Positions 12,201 to 27,200 of a DNA stretch of 64,000 nucleotides are shown here, one piece after another. The DNA is from Strigamia acuminata. Taxonomy: Eukaryota. Location of the stretch: positions 15,624,001-15,688,000 of the forward strand of contig OX442314.1 in NCBI GenBank assembly GCA_949358305.1. The letters are read 5' to 3'. The first letter of the stretch is position 1. Each line of letters opens with the position of its first letter. The position numbers and the translations under genes are program-made. The notes below the pieces were generated by a model. The model had not been told where the DNA came from. It saw only the letters and a list, made by a program, of their open reading frames with translations, and made no database searches.

Positions 12201-15200
12201 TTTGCCAAGCACTTTATCAATTTAGCATCCAAACAGCATAAATGCTTTGTGCAAAAGAGCACGTCAAACCCATGCAGATAAACTACAAGCAGCAAATAAG
12301 GGCACAGCAAACAGCATGAGGTTCACGCAATAAGAACTGATTGCTGCAAGATGCTTCACTGTCCTTCTTAATCAACTTCATTCCATTTAACTTACTTGAA
12401 ACAAAATTTTCCTTCCACACTTAATTGCATTAGTGCGTCACTTTCTAACAACTTAAAAATACCCCCTCCCACCCTCGCCCTCAAAAAAAAATTAAAAGCG
12501 CAATAATTTGAGAAAAAATTAATTCAAGTTAATTAAATTAATTTCTTTCTCATCGCATTATTTAATTATTTTTCTTTTGTAATGGGTCCATCTTGAATGA
12601 ATTACCATAAATGTTTAGTCTGTCAACAACTTGATCCAGTCCTGCAGGATTCTGTCCAACGCACTTGTAGTAGCCTCCATCTTGTAAATCCACTGAGATA
12701 ATGCTCAAAATGCTGATATAGTTGCCATTACTGTCAACCGATTCTGTGATCCTTGACCTTCGATCACCCGAAGTACTTAGGGGTGAGTCGTTAAGGTACC
12801 ATGAAATTTGAGGAACGGGGCTGCCAACCGCAGTGCACTGCAGTTTAGCAGAAAAGCCAGGCTGTAGGGGTTCCGTGGAAACGCTGAGGCTCACGTTAGG
12901 TGAAATTGCTGTTAAATTAAAAATTAGATTAATTAAAAGAAAATAGTTTTCAACACAAGAAATCTAATTAGCTAATTACACTTTAAGTAAACGCAAAAAA
13001 TAATAACAATTTAAAAAATAAAACAATAATAATAAAAATGTCCATCTCTCACATTTTTTACACGTGCAAATGTTCACAATTTATATTACATCGCGTATAA
13101 AATCTCCATTTTTCACTCGAAATAAATTCGAAATCTGACAAATAGGAGATATGTTTGAATTTTATTTTGTTTGAAGAGGAAAAAAATGAACATCCAGTGT
13201 CTGTAGGCGAAAAAAGACGATAAAAAAGAATAAAGTAATTTTATGTGCTACTAGTTTGCAATTTTTCAATTTATATTTATCTGAAAACAAACCTCAAAAA
13301 GTGTCTTCCGGCAGTCTCTTTTCTAGCCTCATTAACAGACAAGTTGGATGAAAAATTGACCAATATTCCCCACGCATGCTTAGCGTGAGCTCTGATTTAC
13401 TTCTCTTCCATTATTCACCTGATATGCGGAATAATTTATACCAGCAATTTGAGAAAATAATTCATTCCGTGCGATCCGGGCCAAAAATAAAACTTTTTCA
13501 AATGGCTATGCACTTAACAATAAATTTATCACAATCTATTAAATTACCCTACCCAAGTATTGAGAGCCCTATGTAACTTTTATCTTTATTTTAACTTCAG
13601 ATTTCATCTATATTTATTTTACATAAAAAAGGTGATGAAAAAACATAAAAAAACTACATTTTCTTTAAAAAAAATACTAAATCCAGTACAAAGACTTACC
13701 TGCATTAGTGGTAATACTTTATTTATGGACCAAAACACAAGCTCGACACATTCTCTTTACGCGATAACAATTTCATGAGTTTATTGTTCGAAACCCGTTC
13801 ATGTGCACGCACAAATTCAAATAACTGCACTACAATTGCTTAATTATATAAGCTTCTGGAGATTTGAGAATTCACGGTTTTAGTAATACGATTTCTCATT
13901 CATTTCCTACTAAGTATTAAGAAAATACAAAATCTTTAGGGACATTTAAGTAAGGGAACTGTGGTTTATCTAGACTTGTAATCGAATGATTTATTCAGTG
14001 ACAAACGCAGTGTGGGAGATGCAATTAGTTTTCATCAACTTTTCATCCTTCAACAACATTCTCCTAGGGAACTGATAAGCGCGAAAAGCTTCCAATATGT
14101 ATCATGTGATGAGCCGTATTGAACGGCATTAATCACACTTGATTTAAGCAATTCCCTTTTCAATTCGGTTCGAATTTCTTGGCAAATAATTCGTAACATT
14201 AAAGAAGAAAAATATATTTTTTTCTCAAGTTCATATTTTTCCTCCTTGTTAGAGACAAGACAACTTATTACTACGACAACAAAAATAATCCCAGATTACC
14301 TCCGAGCTTGAACTGGGCAGATCCTTGGGCCATATCGTCTCCATTACCCACGAAACACTGGTACATGCCGTGGTCTCTTCGTTCCACCGATGCGATGGTC
14401 AGTTCAAATTGATTTCGAATCTTTAACCGACGCCCATCAGTGCTCACCGGATGGCCATCTTTAAGTGGAGATAAGAAATTTACGATAAAAACAATTCCAA
14501 ACTAAAGTTTTTGATTTTGATTTTAATTGATTTTTTAATTTAATTTTTTTTTATTTTCTCTTTTCACTCGCAAGGTTCTTCCCTTTGATTGCACACACAA
14601 AAGCAAACCGTAGTTGAACGTCTAATTAAAATTCCACCTTACCTTTCAGCCATTCTACGGATGTAATTGGATGACCAGAAGCAAAACAGGTGAATCGGAT
14701 TTGCTGGCCCACGTCAGCAGTCAATTCCTGCGGCTCGATGTAAGCAGATAACGTTTCTGTGGTTTGAAGTTTGTTTTTTTTTTACAGAAAAGAAATTCCT
14801 TTTCAAAAGATTTAAATATACGTAGAAAGCATGTACCTGTAACAGCCAGCAATGTTTCTACTTTTTCTTCGCCGATTATGTTGCTCACTTTGCACAAATA
14901 AATACCGGCATCCGAGACCTGTGTGTTTTGTATCACGAGCAAGCCATTGATTTTAACAATTCGGCCGTCAGCTTCCACTGGCTGGATCCCACGTCCGTGG
15001 AAACGAAACCAACTGGAAATGCATCAGAATTCGCCCATTAACAGTTTTACATAATGGAAAAATAATTGAATCAAGAAACTGTGCAAAATACATTTTAAAG
15101 ATGCACTAGTTTGTTTCAACGTTGGTTTTTTTCAACTTGTTTTTCGATAAGTTAGCTCGACAACATGTGCAGTTGACTGTACATTAACCAAGTTGTGCAG

Positions 15201-18200
15201 TATACCATAAAAAAGAACATATTTTCAGAATCACATCAAAATACTGGAAAATCCAATACGTAAAAAAAAAAAAAAATCAAATATGAAGGATTTGAAAATT
15301 ACGAATTCATAACTTATATATAAAAAAAAAATTCAAAATTTCGATTTCTCGCATATACAAACTGTCACTTTCACACATCGTATATCAAGCCGCGTGCAAA
15401 GCAGAAGGTTTTGAAGGACTTTACTTTGTGTAATCGAGATATGAAAGAAAAACAAGTGAAGTAGCTATAATTGGATTTCACGACTCAAAAACTCGTACTC
15501 ATTGCTTACTACATCAAGCAGATACAAATCAAAACATTTGTCACATTTTCCTGACACCCAATTTCATTGTGCCGTTGCCTCAGAAACTTTATAGCACTTT
15601 ACGATGCCTTTGTTTTTACCACTAAACTTGTAATATAATCTTGTGTTTCCGACTGGATAAAGCAACTAACTCTTATCCAAACTTTTCATTTTATTTTTAC
15701 TGTTATTACATATTATTTCAGAAGTTGCAATAGAAACCATTTCGTTTTCCCAACCCATAAAAAAATTCTAAAACGAAACACGGTTTTAATGCCAACTGCT
15801 GTTGCTATTTTCGAATCATGCATTGCTTTTTAAACAGACTATTTGATTTCAATTACCAAATCCATTGTAAAAGAATGTAGTCGCAGCCCCAACTGCCATT
15901 TTACATGTTTGGCATAGTTATCGCAGCATTTCATCTTACTAGGCCGTTGAAAGCAAGCGATATCTGTATGAATCATGCGAATTCATCTGTCATCTTCATC
16001 TTTTCACGTCTACCAAGAATCTATTTCAGACCAAAATCATACACCACTGAGTGCTTGCTAAAGTAAAGGCATGAAAAGAATTTTTATGTTCACGCATATA
16101 TCTCGCTTTTTTGTAATGTTCAACGTGTACCAGAAATGAGTAAATCAGTTTTACAGCTCTAATGTAATGCCCCGATGTAATCCCGTATGCAGATAAGTTA
16201 TGAGACTGATGGGGGAAAGGAAACTGATGTTTGTCCCGTCGTTTGGAATTGGTGGAGCCATTAGAAAACTGTTTCATTTAGTTTCAGAGTAGCTGCAAAA
16301 TCATTTCTCATGCTGAGTTTGTTGTTCATATAAGAAGAGAGAAAAAAGCATTGAAAAATGTTTGCTTTTTAAAGGATGTAATGCAGAATAAAACTTTAAC
16401 CAAGGTACCATTATGTAGGAACATTTTCCTCTTTCAACGTAGTCTCCAGCAAATATACAAATGGCTTACGAGAACATCACAACGCAATTCTTAAGATTCT
16501 TTTTATGTACGACAGCCATATTTGACATCTGCCTCGACATGATGGTTTTTCACAGAAAAAAAAGTCAACATCTGCTCCTATAATAGCGACATTCTCAACT
16601 TTATATGCAAAATGATTATTTTTCTTAAAAGGAAAAAAAAGGGAAAACATCACTTTAGGGAGGAAAAAAGAAAATAAAAGAAAATTGGAAAAAGCTTTTG
16701 CAAATTCTAAATTGCACTGCCACTTTAATATTCTACTTGTCAAAAATAAATGAAAGTTTATAAAAAGTAGAAAAATCGCGCACGCGCACACATTTTCTAT
16801 TCATTTTCCCATTCGATATGGACCAAGCCATTACAAAAACAAACGAATCAAGCAATAGTGATAAAATAAACAATATCTCCTTTCTTTTATTTGTCCAAAC
16901 TCTTCTATTCTAAAAAAAAAAAAAATTTTTTGGCTGCCTTTACATGTCTTTTGCCAAATTGCTGGCAAATTTGTTGATAAATCTCCAGAGAGATTTCAAA
17001 CGAATTCGTGCAGCAGTAAAAGAAAAAAAGTAGGGAAAAAACGTGGGTAGACCTGGAGCATTCAGCCATTTGATAGTCGTGCCTGTATTTCTACGACTTC
17101 TTCGGACATCTGAGTTCACATGTCTGATCCTAAGAAGACCCAATTCCAGAGGGCCCAGTCTCCTTGGCATCTTTTATTGTCACACTCGAGGCTCCTGCGA
17201 GATTCTTGTCTCAACCCGATATCCGAATTGGACTCAACTTTCTCCATCTCACGTGGTCGGCGCAATGACCCTGGAGAGACGTTTTCTTACACTCGTGTCC
17301 CCCAATTCCGCATGGGATTTAGGCACTGGAAAAATTTGTCACTTTGTATTCAAAAGGAAACCCAAAGAATGCTTCATTTTCCGCACCTTTGTATGATCAT
17401 TGCTACACATTTACTAAAACTTCTTACATGTCAGAATGCGTATAACTTATTTAGTGAATAGTTCCTAATTTAACTTGCAACATCTCCCTGTTAAAACATT
17501 TGTTTCATACATTTTAAATATTTGATGTGTGCATTGCTGAACAATTTCCCAGACATTAGTTTGTTTTAAATGAGTCAATATTTGCTGCAATGCTTCCGGC
17601 GAGTTTCAATATAAATTACTGTAGGTTTAATTATTAAATTTATTTATTTTAAATTGCTACTAATTTCGTAGAAGCATAAAATAAAATCATTACGAAATTG
17701 AAGAGCAAACACCTTAGAATTTAATACTGTACATCGTGTCGCAATTGGCCAAACGACGTTTTCAGCACCGCTGCGCGTAAACACGTGTGACGTGTGTCAC
17801 AAAATATCTCTTCACAAGCAGTGACCCTTGGAAAATTCACGAATTAAATGGATTTTCTAATGAATCAATTAAAATAAATAACAATTTCAATTAATTCTCA
17901 GTGTCAATCACAAGCTGTAACCCGTCGTCGTACGTGGAGAATCCAAGAAAGCATTTCAATGTATAAATTACATTCGCGAGTTCCATGAGCAGCAGTGCAT
18001 GGCTGAAACAACCCAGACGCCTGTATTTATTCGCAAAAGTGAATAAAAACAAAATGATATAGCGATGCATTAATGAGATCGTGGACTATTTCTCCCACAA
18101 TGCATTGCACGTCTGCATAATAAAAACTACGTTTCAAAATATACAATTTTAAATGCAATGTGCCCCCCTCCCCTCAAATCAATTAAAAGAAAAATCAAAA

Positions 18201-21200
18201 ATCCAATTTTAAAAAAAATCATCAAGAATGTTGTTTTATGTTTAGCTATGTTTTTAAATTATTTTTTTTTATTGTTTTTAAGTTTAGGAATGCAGAGAGA
18301 AAATTAAAAATGGAGCTGTAAACAGCAGCTAATTAATAATTCTTTGAGAAAATAGTTGTGCATACGAAATTACGTTCTCACTTATCAGGGATCAAGGCTA
18401 GTACCTGATGGTGGGAGTGTGAAAGGTGGACTGGAAAGTAATCTAATAATCTCTTATCAAACACAAACAACTTTCCTTTAATCCAGTATTTTATGTAAAA
18501 CCAATTTCCTTTTTTAAACCAAACATGTCACTAATTTCACAAATTAATTCCTCTCTATCTGTTTTGTGTTTGTTTTAAAAATGTTGCCACTTGCTGCTAA
18601 GTCTTGTACATACAGTACACGCCTTTAAAAATGCAAGTTGGAGATAAAAGAAAAGAAAAACATTTTCCCTTGAAACTTATTTGTGCACTTTAAACTGCGT
18701 ACTGGGACTCGACAAATTATTTAATCGTTTCATCAAATATTCCATTGCATTAGTTTCTCATAAATTATTACACGAATATTTAATTGAACTTCTCCTAAAG
18801 ACATAAGACGACACCCCCAAAGAAAAATATAAACTCAACTAACTAATCCTAAGTAAACATTATCAATAATTTAACCTCGCAAATGTTTTAAATTTGTTAT
18901 CGCTTCGGTTCAAGAAATATCTCCAAAACGTAATGGCTCGAATCTGAATAAACATCATCTGTGCGATTGCCTCGCTTTCAAATTTCACCTAATCCAATAT
19001 GGAAATGATCCTCTGGAGAACTGAGCCAATGCGAAAGTCCATAAATTGTCCAAATATTCAATAAAAGTTGTACAACATTCGAAGTATCATTTGTCGTAAC
19101 TGATATTACACTTGACGCTTTCAACCCTGATGAGGATAACACTAGTACCACAAAATCAATGTGTCTCAATCCTTGAGGGAATCCATACCAAAGATATAAA
19201 AGAGAATAAATGTCATCCGATAATAAACTAAAACCAGCAATGAAAAGTACACGATAAATCTAACGGCTGTGCAAACTTATCTCGAAAAATATAATTCAAG
19301 ACAAACCGATTTTTGTTTTCATGAAAATTTATTTTCCAACCAAGCAAACAAACTCTTACCTATGTGACGGTATTGGCAGCCCCTGTACGGCGCAAGGGAT
19401 TTCGCTGGTATTCCCTCTCATGACCGTCAGCGATGCCTGGTGGTGGTTGATTCTCGGGGGGACACTGCTCTTGGGATCTAACACATAAAGACAAAAAAAG
19501 AGAAAGACAAACCATAAATAAAATAAATGCATAGAACCATCCCAGATAAAAATTACGAGTTGCGCCGAACGCGCCATATATATATAAAACACAACAACAA
19601 AAAAAGAGTAAGCGACTATAAAAAAAATTTATAAAAAAGAGGGGCTTTTATACAAGTGAAGATTTTGAGTGCAAGTCATAAATATATTCTCACAATAGTG
19701 TCTTTCTGCCAACAAAAATTGCGCACATAGGTTATGAAATGTTCATTGCTTCGGTGCTCAAGTCATGGATGATTGACAGTATGTGACATTTTAAGTTTCT
19801 TCGCACTAAAATAAATGCAGTTTGAATCACCAAAGAAGACAAAACTTGTAACTTATTGCTGACATACTGGCATTGATGTCGGCCAATTGTACGATTCTAT
19901 TTCTAAGGCTGGATTGTACTTATACGCGCCCAGATTCATTTTTTATTTTCTAATGTACAATTGGCGCTGCAATAAATAAAATAAAATAAAAAAATTTAAA
20001 AAATTTAAAAAAATAAAAAAATTAAAAAAAAAAAAAAATGTAATGCAGACTTGTCCAGAGATATAAGATCTATCAGAAATCGAAAAAGCAAACTTTATCC
20101 TTAAGGTTTACCAGAAGAAAACATCCATTGTGGCAAGCGAAAAACATTATTCCTTTGTGAAACACACAAAAGAGAAGAAAAAGCCATCAAATCCAGGAAG
20201 TCGTATGAGCTGGTTTGTCCAATGATACGCACGCCAAGACACTTGCAACTGCCAAATAGAAAACTTATTCAATCGGACATCATCAACAAACTTGTCGCCC
20301 ATAAACCTACATCCATTACCACAACGCGCTGCAAAGATAAAAAAAATTCAAACGACTACACTTGAATATATTACTCGATGTGACATTACATGACCGAAAT
20401 GAAGCATTTAATTACTTAAAAATCCCAACAGACGCATTTAGCGATCAGATAGTGCGCTTATGTCGCGACATCGAGTGAGCACATTTACAACTATTAGAAA
20501 TTGATAGCCCAGCTTTAGTGCAAGGTAAGCATTCAATGAGAAAAGTATACCCAAGAGACAAGTCTAACGACATTAGCCAGGAGTCGTTAAGTGTGTAATT
20601 AACATTGTACACACTCATTATTTTTGTGGTGCAGTTCTGAAGACTAATTTCATTTGTGTAATAAGGCGAGAAAAGAGTGAGAAAGAAGAAAAAAATCAAG
20701 TATTGCAAAGCAGAAAAGTTAAACTTCACTCTATATGCTTAATTACTAAACGACATCAAGGCAGAAAACAACGACATCAACATATTCATCGAACGTGTTG
20801 AAACTTACTTTCAAGTGCCATCAACATCAATAAATATCAAGCGAAAGTGATACATTTTCGGGAGAAAAAAAAAAAGAGAAAAAATTAGGCCAACACACAC
20901 CCAGTGAGAAATTACTTGAATCCCGCCCAATCACGATCCAATTTCATTTGCACCCACACCCTTTTATTTCATCTATTGCAATCGAGGGAAATGTGACAAG
21001 GGAACTGGGACTAATTCTCATCGCGCAAGTCGCAAAACTTTTAATTCGAACAGAGAAACCTCTAGGCAGCAGCAATGCTGCTCTGATCAGCTGCAACATT
21101 ACTAGTTGATAGTTGAGCGAGAAGAAAGATCATCAGTGTGCAGACCGTGACTTCCTTTCATGACCATCATCGCTCTGATCGAGAAACAATTTTGGCGCCA

Positions 21201-24200
21201 CCTTACGACGCCCAGGAGAGGCAAGAAAGCGGCAGCTCTCAAGTCATTTGGTGGTTTGGAATGGAAATACGCTCGGCCTTCTAGTCGTTCTGTCATGTGC
21301 ATAAGTCGAGTTTAACCAGCAAACTTTGCTTTCAAAAGCCAAGTGCAATGCGCGCATAAAAGTTAAATATTGAAGATTTCGCTTGATATCCCATGCTAGA
21401 CTGGGGACTACATCTGCAGCAAAAATCTCCGGTCACACTCACACCACGTTCATATGTCGGCGTACACTTCCAAACTTTTCTCTCTTCCGCTGCGATAACA
21501 TTCACACGTAAAGGGCTAGACACTGATAAATAAGTTAAAGATCAAGTGCACTGAGTATCTAATTAAAATAGGCTATAAACCTTGAAGGGTGCGACATAAA
21601 AAACGTCACCCCTCACATAAAAAAAGTAATAAAATGTATTTTACAAGTCACTTTTCTTCCTTTTGTATTTTTCAAATTTTGTGAACAAGTGGTTTATTTG
21701 TTCTACTAGTATATACATTGAACTCATTTCATTTGCACAACATGTCCAGATGAGTGGTTAATAAACCATCGGATTTCCAATCTGTCTTTCAAGAAACATA
21801 CATAAAACATAATAATAATGCATTGGCTATTGTATTCACGATAATGGGAAGAGAAAGGGAGATTAGAAAGCGGATGCACAACGAATTGTGTAAGTTGGCG
21901 CTATCAATACAAAGATTTTTTTTTTTACAATGTTATGAACACACCCTTACTACATGCCTTTTCTTCAATACGAATATGTACATAAATATTTAACGCATTA
22001 AGTGGTAATAATGATAATTGACAAGTTACTTGGCATGCCGTTCGATGTACAAATCAATTCTTATTTGGTCAACCAATTGAAGCAAACATTTTTGATTAAT
22101 GGTTACTTCGGTGTCAAAACAAAAATTAATGCTGAAGTATAAAAGCATTCATGCTTTAAATCCAAATCATGACGCACTATATTCATCAAATAAAGTAATT
22201 TTTTTTAGTTAAGCAGTATTTCGCTTAGCGTGCTTCGTTTCAGCGAGCGTTTTGCTGTTGTTGCTTATTGCCGGCACTTATTGAAGTTTATTATTGTTGT
22301 TTGCAGTAGCTTTGACCTTTGAGTAAAAGTAGTCCGAAGTTTGACCTTTCTACACTGGTTGAGAGAACGAGAATCGCATATCTGCACGTACAAACCAAGA
22401 GGTTAAAGGTGATAAAACTCGGACAGAGAATGCCATAAGAATGTTGAATATTTTAGACTCAACTATTGAATTTTATCAGATTTAATCAAATTTAATTCAT
22501 GCAGACAGGTTTTCTAAAATTTAATCGAAATTTCATTGATTGCTCACATATTCCTCATCTTTTCAAAAATAAATTTAATTACCCAAATTACTCCATTAGT
22601 GCGATTGATGTCAAACACTCAAATAACTTGCCCATCACGCCAATTAGAAAAATGATAAACTAGCAATTTTTCCTCCAACATTATATTATAACTTCTACGA
22701 AAATTTCAGATATTTACCAATAAGTTTCCCGTCATAAATATTTCTAAGCGTTTTCATTAAATGCGTAACAGTACATCCTTAATATTGAAAATTCCAATTA
22801 CTAAACCTACTATTTATTGATTGACCACATTTTATTTCCACCAGTTAAAACTACCACACTTTCACACCCATATTTCAACAGTAACAATATGCAGTTGACA
22901 CATTATTACACAACAAATAATTTATTCGCTAACTACATTAATATTAGTTAACTTAATTACCGTTGTACGTTTCTCTCATGGCTGAAAAGTTTTCAAAACA
23001 CGACCCGACGGATGTAACTTTTTGCCACTAATGCCTGAACCCTGTTGTTGATCACTCATCCCCGCATTTGTTTTATTCCGTTACCTTTATAATTGCATTA
23101 AAGCACACCTGAAATTACATTATAAAGTTGCGAGTCCAATAAGCTGTTAGGCTCATCAAAATGTTTACAGCTTTCACATGTGTGAAGTTTGAGTCAAACC
23201 ACTGGCAATTTTTCCACTCCTCAGTGGTACTAAGGGGATGTCGGGAAAGTGGGAGGCCTCTAAGCTATTTATCTTATTCCCCGAGCACACGGTCGGTAAT
23301 GATGCCAGAGAGCTCCCAAACCATTGGCGCCGACAAATTGTAGAAAAGAAGAATAGACTGTGGCATGTGATCTTGTTAAAGATTCTCGTACAACTATTTT
23401 CACCACTTCCCAATTCCCACTTCGAATCTTTTTTCTCAACCCCTTTAATACTGTTTACAATCGCATCAGTCAATCGTTTACGGCAAATAAAACTAAACAA
23501 ATATTTCCCAAGCAATTAAATTTACCCTTTAAAAAAAAAAACTAGGACGAACATACTAATAGCCTCAAACACGCTATTACGTTTTATCTTCTAATTACTC
23601 GCTCCCCACTGCAAATGGAAATCAACATTGGGTAATTACCGCAACACTCTTAAGATTATACGTTTTGTAGAAGACAACAGCGAGGAGGCACAGGTGTGCT
23701 AAGTAAACAGATAAAAATTCGTATATATAAAATACGAAGCCGAGAAAAAATATTGCCAACAACAACCGGCATTTTTATAGAGAGCTATCAAATCACAATA
23801 CCTTCAATCAAACGGTTTAATTCAAGACGCTATAACCCGTTAATTATCGTAACTTCATAATAAAAATATCGATTTCAATCTTTGCTGCAAATTGCAATTG
23901 CAACCGAGCGTATAATTAAAAAAAAAAGAATGAAAATTCCACTGATCTCTTGTGTTCCGCTCACATTCGACTTCATTTCCATTAATTCCATCAGGCATTA
24001 CAAAAGGACCACATAATCCAACATTCACCGACCATAAGCGCTTTAACACACAGCACAGACGTGAGTAGCATCAAATAGCGAGTCTCTTATCTGTCATCAT
24101 TTGTGACAATCCATATCTCGACAGCATGCAGGAAACCTCACATCCGACCACACGACTTCTTTAGTTCTTTTGAGTGCACCCTGGCATGTGTCCTCCACCT

Positions 24201-27200
24201 CTCGAAAAAAAAAAATCTAACACGATGACACGGACAACAAAAGGATCGTCTTATGGCTCGTAAATAAATTTATCCTTCTTTTTAAACCTCCAATTGAATA
24301 GAGGCATGCACTCCAACTCACGCACGCATAAAACCGAATATTCTCTCTTTCACTTCTTTCTCAATTCCCATGGGTGGCAATTACGCTACTCACTATCGCC
24401 TTGTCATTTACAATTACGCTCAGTTGAAGTCATTTACGTGCGCTCCGTTTCCTTTTAAGTGTCATTCAATTATCGGTACTAGTGCAATGCCCAGGCAACT
24501 GCTATTTGCTGCTGCACAGTATCTGCTGTATCAGTCACAATATAAACCGGATTACGGTTTATTATTCAAGTTGATATCCCACTGTTATTGTCCAAATCCA
24601 CACATAACTCAAGATTCAATTCTAACTTATCTGTATGGCCAAACATGCAAGAGGAAGGATTTCTTTAAAATAACTCCATGAATTTTCCACTTGTGTGTAA
24701 TTGACAGATCATTGTAGCAGACTTCACTCAAACTCCGCCCGGTATCTTGACGTCCAATTCAAACTGTTTATCACAGTCTGCGCATGCATTTAACGTTGCA
24801 ATCGGTCAAGTTTATTGCACACAAAGGCACTAAAGCAACAAAATTTCGGTACCATGCTGTAAACTACTTTTGTTAACGAGTTAATTGGTGTTTCCTTTTG
24901 GAGTGTTCTTCACTCCAATGCACGTCACTTGTTATTTGTTAATTTGTGACACTGCCTTTCTGCAGCGCCACCTATTACTTTGAATAAACTAGTCAGTTAT
25001 GTAAATCTCAACTACTCCAACGGTCCATTACAATTTCAAATGCTTAGTCAAGACAGACTAACTTTATAATTAGGCTTAAAATACTGCTAAACTAAATAAC
25101 GACGGGAATTAGGAAATCATCTGAGCAGTGTAAGTTTATCATCAAGATATTGGACGCAGACTTTTTATAGAGAGTGCTGCTAACTTGACACCTGACATGC
25201 ACTTCCAGAAATTAAATTTTTTTTGGGCGATTCTGGCAATACTCAGTTATGCGACATCAAAAATCCTGATAACTCCATTTTGCCAATTCCAGACTGCTGT
25301 CTGCCAACTTGACACCAAGTGAAATTACAAATGTAATAGCTGACTGCGGTAGTTGGTAGCCCTCTGCCAATGCTCAGTCGTGCCTTCCAAATTATTTTAC
25401 AAATCAATTTTTCTGATTTAAATTATCCCAGTTAAAGTCTACAAATGAAACGAGATGCGAATAGTCTGTCTGACAACTTAACTTATACCAAAAGGATAAA
25501 TCTCTCTACAGCCGTCATCAGTTTTTTCAATTATAACAAATCACAACATCTCATATTTCGTCGCACTATAAATCAAGAAATGTGGCCACTATTGATCATG
25601 TGTGGATCTGTAGCTATCTAGTCACACGCTCCAAGAGGTATTTATAGAGAAAAAGTAAGGCGGAGTATCAGAAAAAGGAAGAAAAAAAAGAGATTGGACA
25701 CGAAACCATGCTCGAGATGTATTATATATAGGCAACATTAAACGAGTGTGAGGAATTTTCGATTTTCTTCTTCCTATCACCAACATAAGATTGATGTCCC
25801 TTCCTCTACCAATTCAAAATCAAAGATTGTTCCACAGATGCACGGAAAGCAAGGGGCTGAGGTTCTGATACCTCGCGGAAGTAATTATCGTTCCTATCAC
25901 AACTTTCACTTGGTTAGAGTTGGACTGACATTATCAGAGTCAAACCGATCTTGCTTCTTTAGCCAGGATAAAAAAAAAATAAAAAAAATCCACAACCAAG
26001 TTACATTAAATGTCTTGTAATCATAAACTTTAGAAAAAAAATATATTCTTTTACAGTAATTGGATATTAAGGTTTAATATCCCAAGTGTATTAATATCAT
26101 ATACAATGGGGCGCACATTTTGACCTGGACCCGACATTAAGAGCATATCTAGAGCAAGTAAAATCTTCTTCTGGTTGAATAAACATGGTTGAAGAAATGC
26201 ACATTAGATAAATACTTTGTAGAAAAACAAGCGGTTTTTCGGTCTGATGATCAAACATTCCGTTTGATTCGTCGTTCGTGTGTGGCGGTGGCTCTGTTTT
26301 TAAAGTCATGCTGATTTGATTGAACCAAGATCAAAGTGTTTGGTGTGATTGAATATCCCGGTACTTTGATTTGGTCTCCAACTGTTGATTTTGGTTTACT
26401 CGAAACTCATCAAGTGAATGGTATCTGCCACATCCTATCCCGTTAGAAATGAACAAGGCCAAATGCTTCATTACTCTGCAAGAGTTCTGCTATGTGTAAC
26501 TGCTTTAAAGCACACAACAATTATTCCACGATAATTGTTTGCAAAGCATACATTAAATTATATTAATGGTTTCAACCATTTTTTTTTACTTATTAGGTGA
26601 GTCTATGTTTAAAATTACATCTTGTTCGTTGTTCCATAGCAGAGTCGGTAAATATTTGTGGGACATTAAGCAGAGAAAGTTGTTGTATTAACATGTATTT
26701 CTTTTGTCGTTGCTTCTGGTTAGTTGCAACAATTTTGTTACTTTTCAAGAGGAGGAATTAAGTGTTCTGTTGCAATAAAGAAACGTGTAAAAACTGGGAG
26801 TTTTAGAAGTCTCGAGGTCACACAGAATCGAAGGAATGGAGGATGCGCCGTACAGCGAAGTCGACATTCAGGAGGTGTTTTCCATTTTAGAAGCGATGAC
26901 GCGGATTCGTGGAACCGGAAATGCGTTTTGGTGTCATAATTTGTCATAATCCTTTTTGTCCTTGTTTTGTATTTTGTGAACCCCGAATAAATCAGTGTAA
27001 TTTCCAATTTACCACGTGCAGCATGTCTTGATTTTTGGTCAGATTTTCAATCCATTTCAATCGTAAGTTAGAAGCAGTTTTTGTCGAATATCAACGTGTG
27101 GATCTCATTTGAACTTTCAAATGGTGCCGAAACCCGGGAATTAGTTTGAATCCGGATAGAAAAAGTAGCGAGATCTGTCTTGCGAAGCCGACCACGTTGA

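Noticed and set aside
13694..13730. Strong minus-strand donor CAG|GTAAGT in the Ig4-Ig5 intron, possible micro-exon
   Set aside because: In-frame TAA about 20 nt upstream and no acceptor giving a frame-preserving exon.
16940..17461. GC-richer island with overlapping ORFs
   Set aside because: No recognisable domain or splice framework; possibly a decayed transposon but not classifiable by eye.
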